Below the pieces are notes generated by a model that was given only the letters and a program-made list of their open reading frames with translations, made no database searches and had not been told where the DNA came from. From Bacteroidota bacterium (GTDB lineage: Bacteria > Bacteroidota > Bacteroidia > J057 > JAJTIE01), in assembly GCA_021300195.1 (NCBI GenBank), contig JAJTIE010000003.1:31547-95546 (forward strand): a DNA stretch of 64,000 nucleotides, in the 5' to 3' direction. This document shows positions 46,684 through 56,038 of the stretch, piece by piece. Every line of letters begins with the position of its first letter. Position 1 is the first letter of the stretch. The translations under genes were made by a program, and so were the position numbers.

Positions 46684-47730
46684 ATGAAGCTTTCAGAATT
46701 TGACTTCTCCGTACCAGAAAAACTGGTAGCCCAATATCCCGCCGAACCCCGTGACGCGTCTCGCATGATGGTGGTGCACCGCGAATCGCAAACCATAGAG
46801 CACCGGCAGTTCAAAGATATTCTGGAATACTTTGGCGATGGGGATGTGCTGATTATGAATGACAGCAAGGTATTTCCGGCCCGTCTGTATGGCAGCAAGG
46901 AGAAAACCGGTGCCAAGATCGAGGTATTCCTGCTGCGGGAACTGAATGCCGACAGCCGCCTGTGGGATGTGGTGGTAGACCCTGCCCGGAAAATACGGGT
47001 GGGCAACAAGCTCTTCTTTGGCGACAATGACCTGGTGGCCGAGGTGGTGGACAACACCACCAGCCGGGGGCGCACCATTCGCTTCCTCTTCGACGGTACG
47101 GAGGAGGATTTCTACAAAGTGGTGGACAAGCTGGGCGAAACCCCCCTGCCCGACTACATTAAGCGGCCGGTAGAGCCAGAAGACCGCGAGCGCTACCAAA
47201 CGGTGTTTGCCCGGCACAAGGGGTCGGTAGCGGCACCCGAGAGTGGGTTCCACTTCTCGCGCGAGGTGCTGAAGCGCCTGGAGCTACAGGGGGTGGAGCA
47301 TGGCTTCGTAACCCTGCACACGGGCCTGGGCAGCTTTCGCGAGGTGGAAGTGGAAGACCTGAGCAAGCACAAAATGGACAGCGAAACCTACATCATAGGC
47401 GACGAAATAGCCCGCCTGGTGAATGCCGCCAAGCAGAAAAAGAAGAAGGTATGTGCCGTAGGGGCTACTACCATGCGTGCCATAGAGAGCAGTGTGAGCG
47501 CAGCCAAGCTGCTAAACCCCAGCAAGGGCTGGACAGACAAGTTTATCTTTCCACCCTATGATTTTTCGATCTCCAACTGCTTCCTTACCAACCTGAACCC
47601 GCCTAAAAGCACGGTGGTGATGATGGCGGCGGCCTTTATGGGCTATGAGTTCATGCTACATGCCTACCAAGAGGCCGTGAAGGAGAAATACCGCTTCTAC
47701 TGCTATGGCGATGCCATGCTTATTCTATAG
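46684..47730 (+). CDS. queA: S-adenosylmethionine:tRNA ribosyltransferase-isomerase
   Basis: [31 protein letters not shown] is the canonical QueA N-terminus, and the 348-aa length fits. Confidence 0.95.
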   Translation: MKLSEFDFSVPEKLVAQYPAEPRDASRMMVVHRESQTIEHRQFKDILEYFGDGDVLIMNDSKVFPARLYGSKEKTGAKIEVFLLRELNADSRLWDVVVDPARKIRVGNKLFFGDNDLVAEVVDNTTSRGRTIRFLFDGTEEDFYKVVDKLGETPLPDYIKRPVEPEDRERYQTVFARHKGSVAAPESGFHFSREVLKRLELQGVEHGFVTLHTGLGSFREVEVEDLSKHKMDSETYIIGDEIARLVNAAKQKKKKVCAVGATTMRAIESSVSAAKLLNPSKGWTDKFIFPPYDFSISNCFLTNLNPPKSTVVMMAAAFMGYEFMLHAYQEAVKEKYRFYCYGDAMLIL

Positions 47731-47771
47731 CCTGGGTCTACCCCCCGTTTGCGCCACCTGCCCTAGCCCGC

Positions 47772-48524
47772 TTGGCCGTGGCTAGGCTCCCTGTGCTGGC
47801 GGCCCTGGTAGTTGCCGGGGGCGTAGGCAGCCGTATGGGCCTGGATCGGCCCAAGCAGTTTGCCCTACTAGGGGGCGTACCCATCCTGGTGCATACACTA
47901 CGCACACTGTGCAGCTATGCCCCTGGGCTGGATGCCATCCAGCTGGTAATGCACCCCGACTGGCACAGCCACACAGCGCACCTGCTGGACACCTATCTGC
48001 CAGGGGAGGGCGCACGCATCCAGCTAAGCAGGGGAGGAGCCACCCGTACCGAGAGTGTAGAGAATGGACTGCACGCCCTGGCCGATAGACTGAACGACCG
48101 GGGGGATGACACGGCCCACTGCCTGGTGGCCATCCAGGATGGGGTGCGGCCCTTCCTGAACCACCGCCTGCTGGCCGACAGCTATGCCAGTGCACAGCAG
48201 CACGGCAGCGGGGTGTGCGCCGTACCGGTAAAGAGTAGCCTGCGCCTGCGTACCCCGGGCGGTAGCCAGGCCGTAGACCGCAGCCTGTACTATGCGGTAC
48301 AGACCCCGCAGACCTTTCGGCTAGACTTGATCCGGAAGGCCTATGCACAGCGTAACACCGCCCCCACCCAGCCCTATACCGACGATGCCAGCGTACTGGA
48401 AGCCCATGGTACCCCCGTGCACCTGTGCGCGGGCGACTACGACAACCTAAAGATCACCAGCCCGGCCGATATAGAGGTGGGCGAGATGATACTGAAAAGG
48501 GAGCAAGTAAGAAAAGACAACTAA
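47772..48524 (+). CDS. ispD: 2-C-methyl-D-erythritol 4-phosphate cytidylyltransferase
   Basis: VVAGGVGSRMGLDRPKQF nucleotide-binding motif, 250 aa, TTG start in the ORF track. Confidence 0.9.
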   Translation: MAVARLPVLAALVVAGGVGSRMGLDRPKQFALLGGVPILVHTLRTLCSYAPGLDAIQLVMHPDWHSHTAHLLDTYLPGEGARIQLSRGGATRTESVENGLHALADRLNDRGDDTAHCLVAIQDGVRPFLNHRLLADSYASAQQHGSGVCAVPVKSSLRLRTPGGSQAVDRSLYYAVQTPQTFRLDLIRKAYAQRNTAPTQPYTDDASVLEAHGTPVHLCAGDYDNLKITSPADIEVGEMILKREQVRKDN

Positions 48525-48642
48525 CTATACATCTAATTTAAATCGGACTTATTTTCTGGGGGGGGGACGTCACCTGCCTTTGGCCCTCATAAATCGGGCG
48601 GTAGGCTATTGGGTGTTCTGGTCTGCGGCATGTGCGCCCCCT

Positions 48643-48668
48643 GACAACCGGAAGAGACAACCGGAAGA
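48643..48668. repeat. 13-bp perfect tandem duplication (GACAACCGGAAGA, two copies)
   Basis: Read directly from the sequence: GACAACCGGAAGA GACAACCGGAAGA. It lies about 70 nt beyond the 3' end of tRNA-Ser. Confidence 0.85.
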
Positions 48669-48735
48669 TCAGGCCACGCCCCCCGGCTGTAGCGGCAACG
48701 CTGGCACGGATTGGTGCCGGGGGTGGGCAGGCGCT

Positions 48736-48826
48736 GCAGAGAGTGAGGGATTCGAACCCTCGATTCAGCGTGAACTGAATACTCGCTTTCCAGGCGAGCC
48801 CGATCGACCACTCTGGCAACTCTCTG
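48736..48826 (-). tRNA. tRNA-Ser (anticodon GGA), long variable arm, CCA not encoded (ends uncertain by 1-2 nt)
   Basis: The minus strand reads CAGAGAGTTGCCAGAGTGGTCGATCGGGCTCGCCTGGAAAGCGAGTATTCAGTTCACGCTGAATCGAGGGTTCGAATCCCTCACTCTCTG. It has anticodon loop CTGGAAA, a long extra arm and T-loop GGTTCGAATCC. Confidence 0.9.
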
Positions 48827-48865
48827 TGGTTATGGAAACAAAAGCCCCCCGGGCGACGGGCGGGG

Positions 48866-48873
48866 CAAAGATA
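48866..48873 (-). promoter_or_regulatory. Bacteroidetes -7 promoter box TATCTTTG for tRNA-Ser
   Basis: The minus strand reads TTATCTTTGCCCC, 40 nt upstream of the tRNA 5' end. The extended box is identical to the one upstream of tRNA-Lys. Confidence 0.45.
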
Positions 48874-48901
48874 ACAGATTCGGCCCAAGTTTAAAAGTCT
48901 C

Positions 48902-50143
48902 TCAGGGCTGGGGGGCCGTTACCCTGAGTTTCTTATAGAATCGGCCCTCTTCCGTGCTGGCCACAATCCAATAGGTGCCCTCGGCTATGTCTGTGGTAAG
49001 CTCCAGCAGGTTCTGCACGGTGGCAAAAACGGGGCCCTGAAACAGCAGGTGAATCAGCTGGCCCTCCGCTGAGAGGAGTGCAATATTCACCTCCTGGCTA
49101 TAAGCGCTGCTAAACCGGATGCCTACCTCCTTGGGCAGCTGGGTACGGGCCGGATACACCTCTAGCCAGAAGGGTACGGGCACTTCTCGGGTTACTACCT
49201 GTACCACTTTGCTTTCTATCAGTCTTCCATCTCTATCCTGTGCCTGTAGCCGGTAGTACCATATACTGTCCTGCCCGGGCAGCTGGCTGTCTGGGTAGGT
49301 GTAGCCCGTTACCTGCTGCGTTTTGCCCTTTTGTGCATCCAGTTTGGCAATCGTGCGGAAGGTGCTGCGGTTGGCGCTGCGCTGTATTTCTATCCGCGTC
49401 AGCTGGTCTTCAAAGGCCGTGTTCCATTTCAGGGTAACCACTTCGTCCTGATAGCGGGCCTTAAAGTCGATGAACGCTGTAACGGGATAGAGGTTCAGGT
49501 CTTGGGTGGCCGATATTACCCGCCACTCGCCGCGTATGCGCTCAAAGCCGATTGCCGGATCTTCTCCCAGTGGAAAGTAGCCCCACACCGGGTGTGCATA
49601 GCCCGGCAGCCGGTAGGGGATCACCGTCCGGTTGCCCAGAATAAAGCGGCCACTATCGGGCAGAAAGGGGGCATCGGGCCGCTGGCAGTGATAAAAGGCC
49701 GATATGGGCTGCAAGCGGGCATTGAGGAGGGCTACAAGGTTTCCCTCCACTTTCTTTTCGTAAAAGCGAATCAGAAAGTCTGGCGCCTGGCCCAGCTCCA
49801 GGTCTATATTAGGCTTACCCCGCTTATACTTGGCCATGCGGTAGGTGGTGCCCGGGTAGAGCCGGGTGCCGGAGGGGAAACGCAGGGTATAGTCGCGCGT
49901 TACCAGATAATACTGGTCTAGCAGGATGGTACGCCCCGTGCCATTATATAGCTCCACCTCATGCAGGTTGTTTGCCAGGTAGTCTCCGGGGATGAAGCGG
50001 GTAATCTCCAGCCCAGCCTGCCCGTGGGCCACAGGGCTCAGGAGTGCAATGCACAGGCACACGAGGGCACTCCAGCGCCTGCATGTACACAGCACATGCA
50101 AGACCGGGCTGTGCTGGTGCCTGCTAGCCCTGAAACACCGCAA
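48902..50143 (-). CDS. Secreted protein with a lamin-tail-like (LTD) domain, a beta-sandwich module and a T9SS type A CTD
   Basis: Signal-like N-terminus and an LTD-like segment (EITRFIPGDYLANNLHEVELYNGTGRTILLDQYYLV). The module VVTLKWNT...IEIQRSANRSTF...WYYRLQAQDRDG precedes a CTD-like tail (GTYWIVASTEEGRFYKKLRV). The 5' end overlaps the tyrS 3' end by 20 nt, so the true start may be internal. Confidence 0.65.
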   Translation of the reverse strand: MRCFRASRHQHSPVLHVLCTCRRWSALVCLCIALLSPVAHGQAGLEITRFIPGDYLANNLHEVELYNGTGRTILLDQYYLVTRDYTLRFPSGTRLYPGTTYRMAKYKRGKPNIDLELGQAPDFLIRFYEKKVEGNLVALLNARLQPISAFYHCQRPDAPFLPDSGRFILGNRTVIPYRLPGYAHPVWGYFPLGEDPAIGFERIRGEWRVISATQDLNLYPVTAFIDFKARYQDEVVTLKWNTAFEDQLTRIEIQRSANRSTFRTIAKLDAQKGKTQQVTGYTYPDSQLPGQDSIWYYRLQAQDRDGRLIESKVVQVVTREVPVPFWLEVYPARTQLPKEVGIRFSSAYSQEVNIALLSAEGQLIHLLFQGPVFATVQNLLELTTDIAEGTYWIVASTEEGRFYKKLRVTAPQP

Positions 50144-51410
50144 GGTGGTACTTTTTTTTGCCGGTTTGCAGCAGCAGATAACGGTTTCCGAGCAGGTCGT
50201 TCAGCCCCAGGGTTTGGGTCTCGGTTACAGCCTGCTTGTTTACCCGTATGCCGCCGCCCTTCAGCAGCCGGCGGGCCTCGCTCTTGCTGGGCACGGCCCC
50301 GGCATCAGCCAGCAGGTCGGCTATGGCTATAGGCTCCTGTAGCTTGCTCAGGGGGAGCTGGGTGGTAGGTACCCCCTCGAAAATCTCATGAAAGTCGCGT
50401 TCGGACAGGGCCTGCATCGTTTCCAGGCTTGCCTGGCCAAAGAGCACCTCGCTAGCCTGTATGGCTTTCTCCAGGGCAGCATCCCCATGGATGCGGCGGG
50501 TCATCTCCAGGGCAAGTGCCCGCTGGCCGATGCGTGCCCCGGGGTTTTGTGCCTGCTCACCTATCAGCTGTTCAATCTCGGCACGGGGCCTTAGGCTAAA
50601 TACCTTGAGGAGCTTGCCAACCTCATCATCTGCCGCATTCAGCCAGAACTGGTAGAACTTGTAGGGCGAAGTGAGCCGTGCATCTAGCCAGATATTCCCC
50701 TGCTCGCTTTTGCCAAACTTGCTGCCGTCTGCGCGTGTAAGCAGGGGGCATATAAGGCCGTGGGCCTCGGCACCATCTATCCGGCGGATCAGCTCGATGC
50801 CACTGGTAATGTTCCCCCATTGATCGCTGCCCCCCATCTGCACCCGCACGCCGTGGTGCTTGTGCAGGTAGTAGAAGTCGTAGGCCTGTAGCAGCTGGTA
50901 GCTAAACTCGGTATAGCTGATGCCGGTTTCCAGCCGGCTCTGCACCGAATCTTTGGCCAGCATATAGTTCAGCGTCATGTGTTTGCCCACGTCTCGCAGG
51001 AAGTCCAGGAACCGGAAGTGCTCGAACCACTCCCGGTTATCAACGATGTGGGCGGCCTGGGTGCCATCAAAATCCAGAAAATGCTGGAGCTGTAGGCGGA
51101 TACACGCCACATTGTGCTGAATCTCCTCTGCCCCCAGCAGTTTTCGTTCACTCCGTTTGCCACTCGGGTCGCCTATCATGCCGGTGGCCCCCCCCACCAG
51201 CAGCAGCGGACGGTGGCCACTGCGCTGCAGGTGTACCAGCAGCATCAGGCTGGCCAGGTTTCCCACATGCAGGCTATCGGCCGTGGGGTCAAAGCCCATG
51301 TAGGCCCGGGCACCGGGCTGCACAAAGGCCGCGACAGCCCCCGGGGTTTGGTCTTGCAGCAGGCCACGCCAAGCCAGTTCGTCGATGAAAAGTGACCGGT
51401 TATTTTGCAT
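50124..51410 (-). CDS. tyrS: Tyrosine--tRNA ligase
   Basis: HIGH-type motif (DSLHVGNL), KMSKS-type motif (KFGKS), and a C-terminal S4-like domain. Confidence 0.95.
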   Translation of the reverse strand: MQNNRSLFIDELAWRGLLQDQTPGAVAAFVQPGARAYMGFDPTADSLHVGNLASLMLLVHLQRSGHRPLLLVGGATGMIGDPSGKRSERKLLGAEEIQHNVACIRLQLQHFLDFDGTQAAHIVDNREWFEHFRFLDFLRDVGKHMTLNYMLAKDSVQSRLETGISYTEFSYQLLQAYDFYYLHKHHGVRVQMGGSDQWGNITSGIELIRRIDGAEAHGLICPLLTRADGSKFGKSEQGNIWLDARLTSPYKFYQFWLNAADDEVGKLLKVFSLRPRAEIEQLIGEQAQNPGARIGQRALALEMTRRIHGDAALEKAIQASEVLFGQASLETMQALSERDFHEIFEGVPTTQLPLSKLQEPIAIADLLADAGAVPSKSEARRLLKGGGIRVNKQAVTETQTLGLNDLLGNRYLLLQTGKKKYHLAVFQG

Positions 51411-51623
51411 TTGATGGTTTCTAAAGATACAGGGGCCTTTTGACCGGGTAAATTAGCAGCTTTGCACACAATTTTACGATTTTCCCCCGAATCACAGTTC
51501 CCTACCCCATCGTCCCCGCACTCCTGCGCCCTGCATAGCCAGCACAAAAGCTGCCATCGGCAAAATAGCGTAGCCCATTATGCGGTATAATTATTCGAAA
51601 ATAGTATTTACAAATTCAGAAAA

Positions 51624-53060
51624 ATGCACATATTGCATCCTATAAAATCACGGTACGTTCCTATCTTCACTACTACAGCCTTCACTGCCATGGCATATTC
51701 ACGCTTACTTTCACCTAGCCTCAAGCGTATGTTCCGCATAAGACCTGCATTTTGCTTCTCTGTTTTTGTCCTATTCATTAGCCTGTGGGCCCCGGGGCGG
51801 CTGCTAGCACAGCCAGGCGCAGCTTTTGCCAAAGAGGGAATCGCCGCCATGCGTGCCAAAAATTACGATCAAGCTGTAGGGAAGTTTGACCAGGCTATTC
51901 AGGCCGAGAGCTCAAATTACCGCTATTATGTACTGAAGGGCCAGGCCCTGGTTCGCCTAAAGCGCACGCCCGATGCCATACGTGCCTATGAGGGTGCCAC
52001 ACGTGCCAATCCGGGTTTTGCCGATGGATACAAGATGATTGGCCTGCTCTATATTAAGCAAAAGGACTACGGCAATGCCGTTACGAGCTTGAACAAGGCC
52101 TTTGATGCAGAGACCGACAAGTCGAAGAAGCTGGGCTACAAACTGATGACGGCCAAACTGCTGCTGCAGCTGAATAAATACAACGAAGCCCTGGCAGAGC
52201 TGAATCAGGCAAAGCAAATACAGCCAAACGATACCCGAATAGCAGCTACTGAAGGGCAAATCCACATCAAAAACAGCAACTGGCAGGCTGCCTACGATAC
52301 CTATGGCCAGGCGGAGCAGATGGCCCGAAACCAACAGCAAAGCGGTTGTGCCATTGGTCAGTTTCAGGCAGGCAAGGCCGTAGCCGCCTCCAAGCTGGGG
52401 CGCGAGGCCGAGTTTAAGAGCACGGTAGAGGCCCTTAAGCAGTCTTGCCCCAAGATGGCCAGCTATGCAACGAACATGGTACGCGCTTCTGGTTCCGGTC
52501 GTTTCCTGGCCACAGCCAACGGCTACCTGAAGGCTGATGCCTACGAAGAAGCCATTCAGTGGATCAACAAAGCCATAGAGTCTGGCGACAACAAGGCAGC
52601 CGTGCACAAATTTGCCGCAGTTGTATACTACAAGGCCGGGCAACCCTCTGTTGCCATCGATCACTTCAAGAAATCGGCCGAGGCCACGCCAGAACCCGAA
52701 AAACGCCTGGCTATATACGCTCAGCTTGCCAAGCTTCAGTTTAACTCGCAAGATTATAGCGGTGCTATACAAAGCATAGACCTGATTACGGCTAGCAAGC
52801 CCAACCCAGGTTTGTCCTTTATGAAGGCCCAAGCCCAATACAACCTGGGGCAGTATGCCGCTGCAGTTCAAACCGCCGAGGCGGTGTATGCCAAAGCGGA
52901 GACTGCTGCTCCCGCCCTTAAGGCCAAATACCAATTCTTCATCGGCCTGGCAAGCAAAAAAGCTGGTAACACAGAAAAAGCACGTGTCGCATTCAAAAAT
53001 GCTGCCGTAGGCCCCTTCAAGCTGGCTGCTACCGAAGAAATGAAATCTATGGCCCAATAG
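51624..53060 (+). CDS. Secreted tetratricopeptide-repeat protein
   Basis: Signal-like segment (FCFSVFVLFISLWAPGRLLAQ) and multiple 34-residue TPR units (for example AIRAYEGATRANPGFADGYKMIGLLYIKQKDYGNAV). The true start is probably one of the internal Met codons. Confidence 0.75.
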   Translation: MHILHPIKSRYVPIFTTTAFTAMAYSRLLSPSLKRMFRIRPAFCFSVFVLFISLWAPGRLLAQPGAAFAKEGIAAMRAKNYDQAVGKFDQAIQAESSNYRYYVLKGQALVRLKRTPDAIRAYEGATRANPGFADGYKMIGLLYIKQKDYGNAVTSLNKAFDAETDKSKKLGYKLMTAKLLLQLNKYNEALAELNQAKQIQPNDTRIAATEGQIHIKNSNWQAAYDTYGQAEQMARNQQQSGCAIGQFQAGKAVAASKLGREAEFKSTVEALKQSCPKMASYATNMVRASGSGRFLATANGYLKADAYEEAIQWINKAIESGDNKAAVHKFAAVVYYKAGQPSVAIDHFKKSAEATPEPEKRLAIYAQLAKLQFNSQDYSGAIQSIDLITASKPNPGLSFMKAQAQYNLGQYAAAVQTAEAVYAKAETAAPALKAKYQFFIGLASKKAGNTEKARVAFKNAAVGPFKLAATEEMKSMAQ

Positions 53061-53082
53061 GCCTACCGTTATCCGCTTATAC

Positions 53083-53108
53083 AGGGCATCTGGCGATGCC
53101 CTTTTTTT
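53083..53108 (+). terminator. Rho-independent terminator
   Basis: AGGGCATC, loop TGGC, GATGCCCT followed by TTTTTT. Confidence 0.85.
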
Positions 53109-53147
53109 ATACCATCCGCCCCATTCTCGCTCTTCATCCTCCGCACC

Positions 53148-53648
53148 ATGCAGGCCCCCAGCCGCTTATCCGTTGCCTACCTCGCTAGTCTTCTCTTGCT
53201 CATACTGCTGGGCATGGGTTGCAAAAACCAGTACCTGGTGGGCTATATGGACACCGAAACGTTTGCTGCCAGGTGCAAGTGGCGGCATACCCTGGACTAC
53301 GACTACAAACCTCGTTTCCCCGAATATGTAGACAGCTTGCGTGCACTGCCCGACAGCTTCTCGGCTACCATTGTACTGGGCACCTGGTGCAACGATAGCC
53401 GAAAATGGGTGCGCCGCTTTTTTGCCCTACGGCAGGCCATGCCCCTACGCGAGGTAGAGATTGTAGCCGTAGACACCACCAAGCGAGACGAGCGGGGCTA
53501 CTACCAGCGCTACAACTACGATTCTATCCCGGTCTTCATATTCCGGCGCGAGGCAGAGATAGGCCGCATCTACGTGAAGCCCGTTCGGCCCCGGCGCTCT
53601 ATCGAGCGCGATATTTATCGAATTGTAAAGCCTGGGGGTACGCACTAG
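53148..53648 (+). CDS. Thioredoxin-fold lipoprotein (hypothetical)
   Basis: Lipobox LLGMGC and a single-Cys W-C-x-x-S site (GTWCNDSRKW) in a thioredoxin-like spacing. Confidence 0.5.
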   Translation: MQAPSRLSVAYLASLLLLILLGMGCKNQYLVGYMDTETFAARCKWRHTLDYDYKPRFPEYVDSLRALPDSFSATIVLGTWCNDSRKWVRRFFALRQAMPLREVEIVAVDTTKRDERGYYQRYNYDSIPVFIFRREAEIGRIYVKPVRPRRSIERDIYRIVKPGGTH

Positions 53649-53679
53649 TCCGTTAGTCTTTTTTTCGCACCTTTGCACC

Positions 53680-54786
53680 ATGCTCAAGACCCCCATGCAC
53701 GCCTGGCACCTGGCCCACGGTGCCTCTATGATGCCATTTGCCGGCTATGACATGCCGGTACGCTACACCAGCGACAAACAAGAGCACCTGTGTGTGCGCG
53801 AAAAGGTAGGCATCTTTGATGTAAGCCACATGGGCGAGTTCCTGCTGCGTGGCCCCCATGCCCTGCAGCTACTTCAGCAGCTTACCTCCAATGACGTGAG
53901 CAAGCTCGCCGTAGGCAAGGCACAATACAACTGCATGCCCAATGAGCAGGGCGGGATTGTGGATGACCTGATTGTATACCGGCTGGAGGAACAGCTATAC
54001 CTGGTGGTGGTAAATGCCGCTAACATTCAAAAGGACTGGGACTGGATCTCTGGCCGAAACAACCTGGGTGTAGAGATGGAGAACCTATCGGACCAGACGG
54101 CGCTGATGGCTGTGAGTGGCCCCCTGGTGCTACAGACCCTGCAGGGGCTAACCGACCTGCCAATCGGCGACCTGCCGTTCTACGCCTTTACAAAGGGCAA
54201 GATAGCGGGTATAGATAATGTACTGATTGCCACTACCGGCTACACCGGCGAGCGCACCTTTGAGCTGTATGTGCGCACCGAGCACGCACAGGCCCTGTGG
54301 GATGCCGTGATGAAGGCCGGTGCACCCTATGGCATTCAGCCCATTGGGCTGGGTGCGCGAGACACGCTGCGCCTGGAGATGGGCTATATGCTCTACGGCA
54401 ATGACATTACCGACACCACCAGCCCGCTGGAGGCTGGCTTGGGCTGGATTACCAAGCTGGACAAAGGTGTGGATATGACCCAGGCAGACTACCTGCGCCG
54501 GCAAAAGGAAACAGGAATACAAACCCGCCTGGTAGCCCTGGAGCTGCAGGAACGCGGGATACCGCGCAGCCACCTGCCCATCCTGAAAGATGGCAAGACA
54601 GTGGGTGTGGTAACCAGTGGCTCCTTTAGCCCCAGCCTGAATAAGGGGATAGGCCTGGGCTATGTGCCCAAAGAACTAAGCAGCCTGGATACCGAGCTGG
54701 ATATCCTTGTGCGGGAAAAGCCCCTGAGGGCTAAGGTGGTGAAAGCTCCCTTTCTGAAAGAAACCAGTTTGTCTCAACTCAAGTAA
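53680..54786 (+). CDS. gcvT: Glycine cleavage system aminomethyltransferase T
   Basis: MLKTPMHAWHLAHGASMMPFAGYDMPVRYTS...GIFDVSHMGEF is the canonical GcvT N-terminus. Confidence 0.95.
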   Translation: MLKTPMHAWHLAHGASMMPFAGYDMPVRYTSDKQEHLCVREKVGIFDVSHMGEFLLRGPHALQLLQQLTSNDVSKLAVGKAQYNCMPNEQGGIVDDLIVYRLEEQLYLVVVNAANIQKDWDWISGRNNLGVEMENLSDQTALMAVSGPLVLQTLQGLTDLPIGDLPFYAFTKGKIAGIDNVLIATTGYTGERTFELYVRTEHAQALWDAVMKAGAPYGIQPIGLGARDTLRLEMGYMLYGNDITDTTSPLEAGLGWITKLDKGVDMTQADYLRRQKETGIQTRLVALELQERGIPRSHLPILKDGKTVGVVTSGSFSPSLNKGIGLGYVPKELSSLDTELDILVREKPLRAKVVKAPFLKETSLSQLK

Positions 54787-54787
54787 T

Positions 54788-55195
54788 ATGGAAAAGCAAA
54801 GAGATCTACAGCCTGAGGATCAGGAAGTGATAGAAAGCTACCTGCAGCTATTCGAGGAAATGATGGCCGAGGAGCAGGTAAACCGCACAAACTACGATGC
54901 GGCCCTGCTGGAAGACCTGTATCAGGCCCTGCTGGAAGACACTGAGACAGACGAAGATGTAGACTACCTGGTATATCAGGTGGGTGTACTGCTGGGCCAC
55001 CTGCTGGCACGCGACCATGGCTACCAATGGCAGCACATTACCGATGAAGACGGCGAGACGCTCATTTTGGTGCGCGGAGAGGATGAGCCTGTTTATGTCT
55101 TTGACCTGGTGTACAACCTGCTGGAAGACGAGTCTAGCGAGACCGAAGAGCCCGACCTCTTCTTCGAGGCCTTTATAGAGAGCGTACGGGCCTAG
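54788..55195 (+). CDS. Hypothetical, highly acidic 135-aa protein
   Basis: Very rich in Asp/Glu with a single Lys. The start lies 1 nt after the gcvT stop. It has no lipoyl-lysine motif, so it is not GcvH. Confidence 0.5.
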   Translation: MEKQRDLQPEDQEVIESYLQLFEEMMAEEQVNRTNYDAALLEDLYQALLEDTETDEDVDYLVYQVGVLLGHLLARDHGYQWQHITDEDGETLILVRGEDEPVYVFDLVYNLLEDESSETEEPDLFFEAFIESVRA

Positions 55196-55211
55196 TCGGC
55201 TTGCCCGGCTT

Positions 55212-55955
55212 CTACACCGCCTGGGTATCCCACAGCAGTTCGTCGAAGCGGAAGAATCCCCTGCGCCCAATGATCTTCTCGGCAGCAACAACTGCCCCCA
55301 GGGCAAAGCCCCGCCGATTATGCGCCTCGTGCGTCAGGCTGATCGTATCCTCGTAGCCGGTATAGCTCACGGTATGTATGCCTACAATCTTGCCCGCCCG
55401 CACACTGCCTATACTTAGTTCGTCGGCCATGGGTGCGCGCTTGGCCAGGTCGGCAGGGGTTGCGTAGCTGCGCTTTCGTTCCAGCCGCTCCACTATCTGC
55501 TCGGCCAGGCTAAGGGCTGTGCCACTGGGGCTATCTTGCTTGTGGGCATGGTGGCGGTCCTCTATAAACACATCGTAGCCCGGATGGGCGTTCATGATCT
55601 CGGCCAGCTGCTTATTGAGCCGGAATAGAATGTTCATACCCAAGCTAAAGTTGCTGGCATATACCAGGCTGGTGCCCTGGCTCAGCACCCGTTCCCGGAT
55701 ATTTTCGCGCATTTCCTCCCAGCCTGTGGTGCCAACCACCAGGGGGATAGACTTGGGTATCAATCGCTCCAGATTGACCCGAACAGCATCGGGCTGTGTA
55801 AATTCAATAACAACGTCCGTGTTTCCCTGGCTAATGGCCTGTAGGTCTTCCTGATTGTCCGCGTGGATCTTGTACACAATTTCGTGTCCGCGCTCCAGAG
55901 CAATTTCTTCTATCTCGCGCCCCATCCTTCCATATCCTACAATCGATATCCGCAT
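55212..55955 (-). CDS. dapB: 4-hydroxy-tetrahydrodipicolinate reductase
   Basis: MRISIVGYGRMGREI Rossmann start, EDRHHAHKQDSPSGTA catalytic segment, 247 aa. Confidence 0.93.
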   Translation of the reverse strand: MRISIVGYGRMGREIEEIALERGHEIVYKIHADNQEDLQAISQGNTDVVIEFTQPDAVRVNLERLIPKSIPLVVGTTGWEEMRENIRERVLSQGTSLVYASNFSLGMNILFRLNKQLAEIMNAHPGYDVFIEDRHHAHKQDSPSGTALSLAEQIVERLERKRSYATPADLAKRAPMADELSIGSVRAGKIVGIHTVSYTGYEDTISLTHEAHNRRGFALGAVVAAEKIIGRRGFFRFDELLWDTQAV

Positions 55956-56038
55956 GCTTCGAAAATACGGCTTTTAGCTGGCATCACAAGCTGGGCTTGC
56001 CCCCACGCATTTCGGCTGCCAGCAAGTGGGCCCAGCCC

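Noticed and set aside
48538-48894. ORF-track entries 48538-48888 (-), 48580-48894 (+) and 48587-48811 (-).
   Set aside because: They overlap tRNA-Ser(GGA) and its flanks and have implausible composition, so I treat them as spurious.
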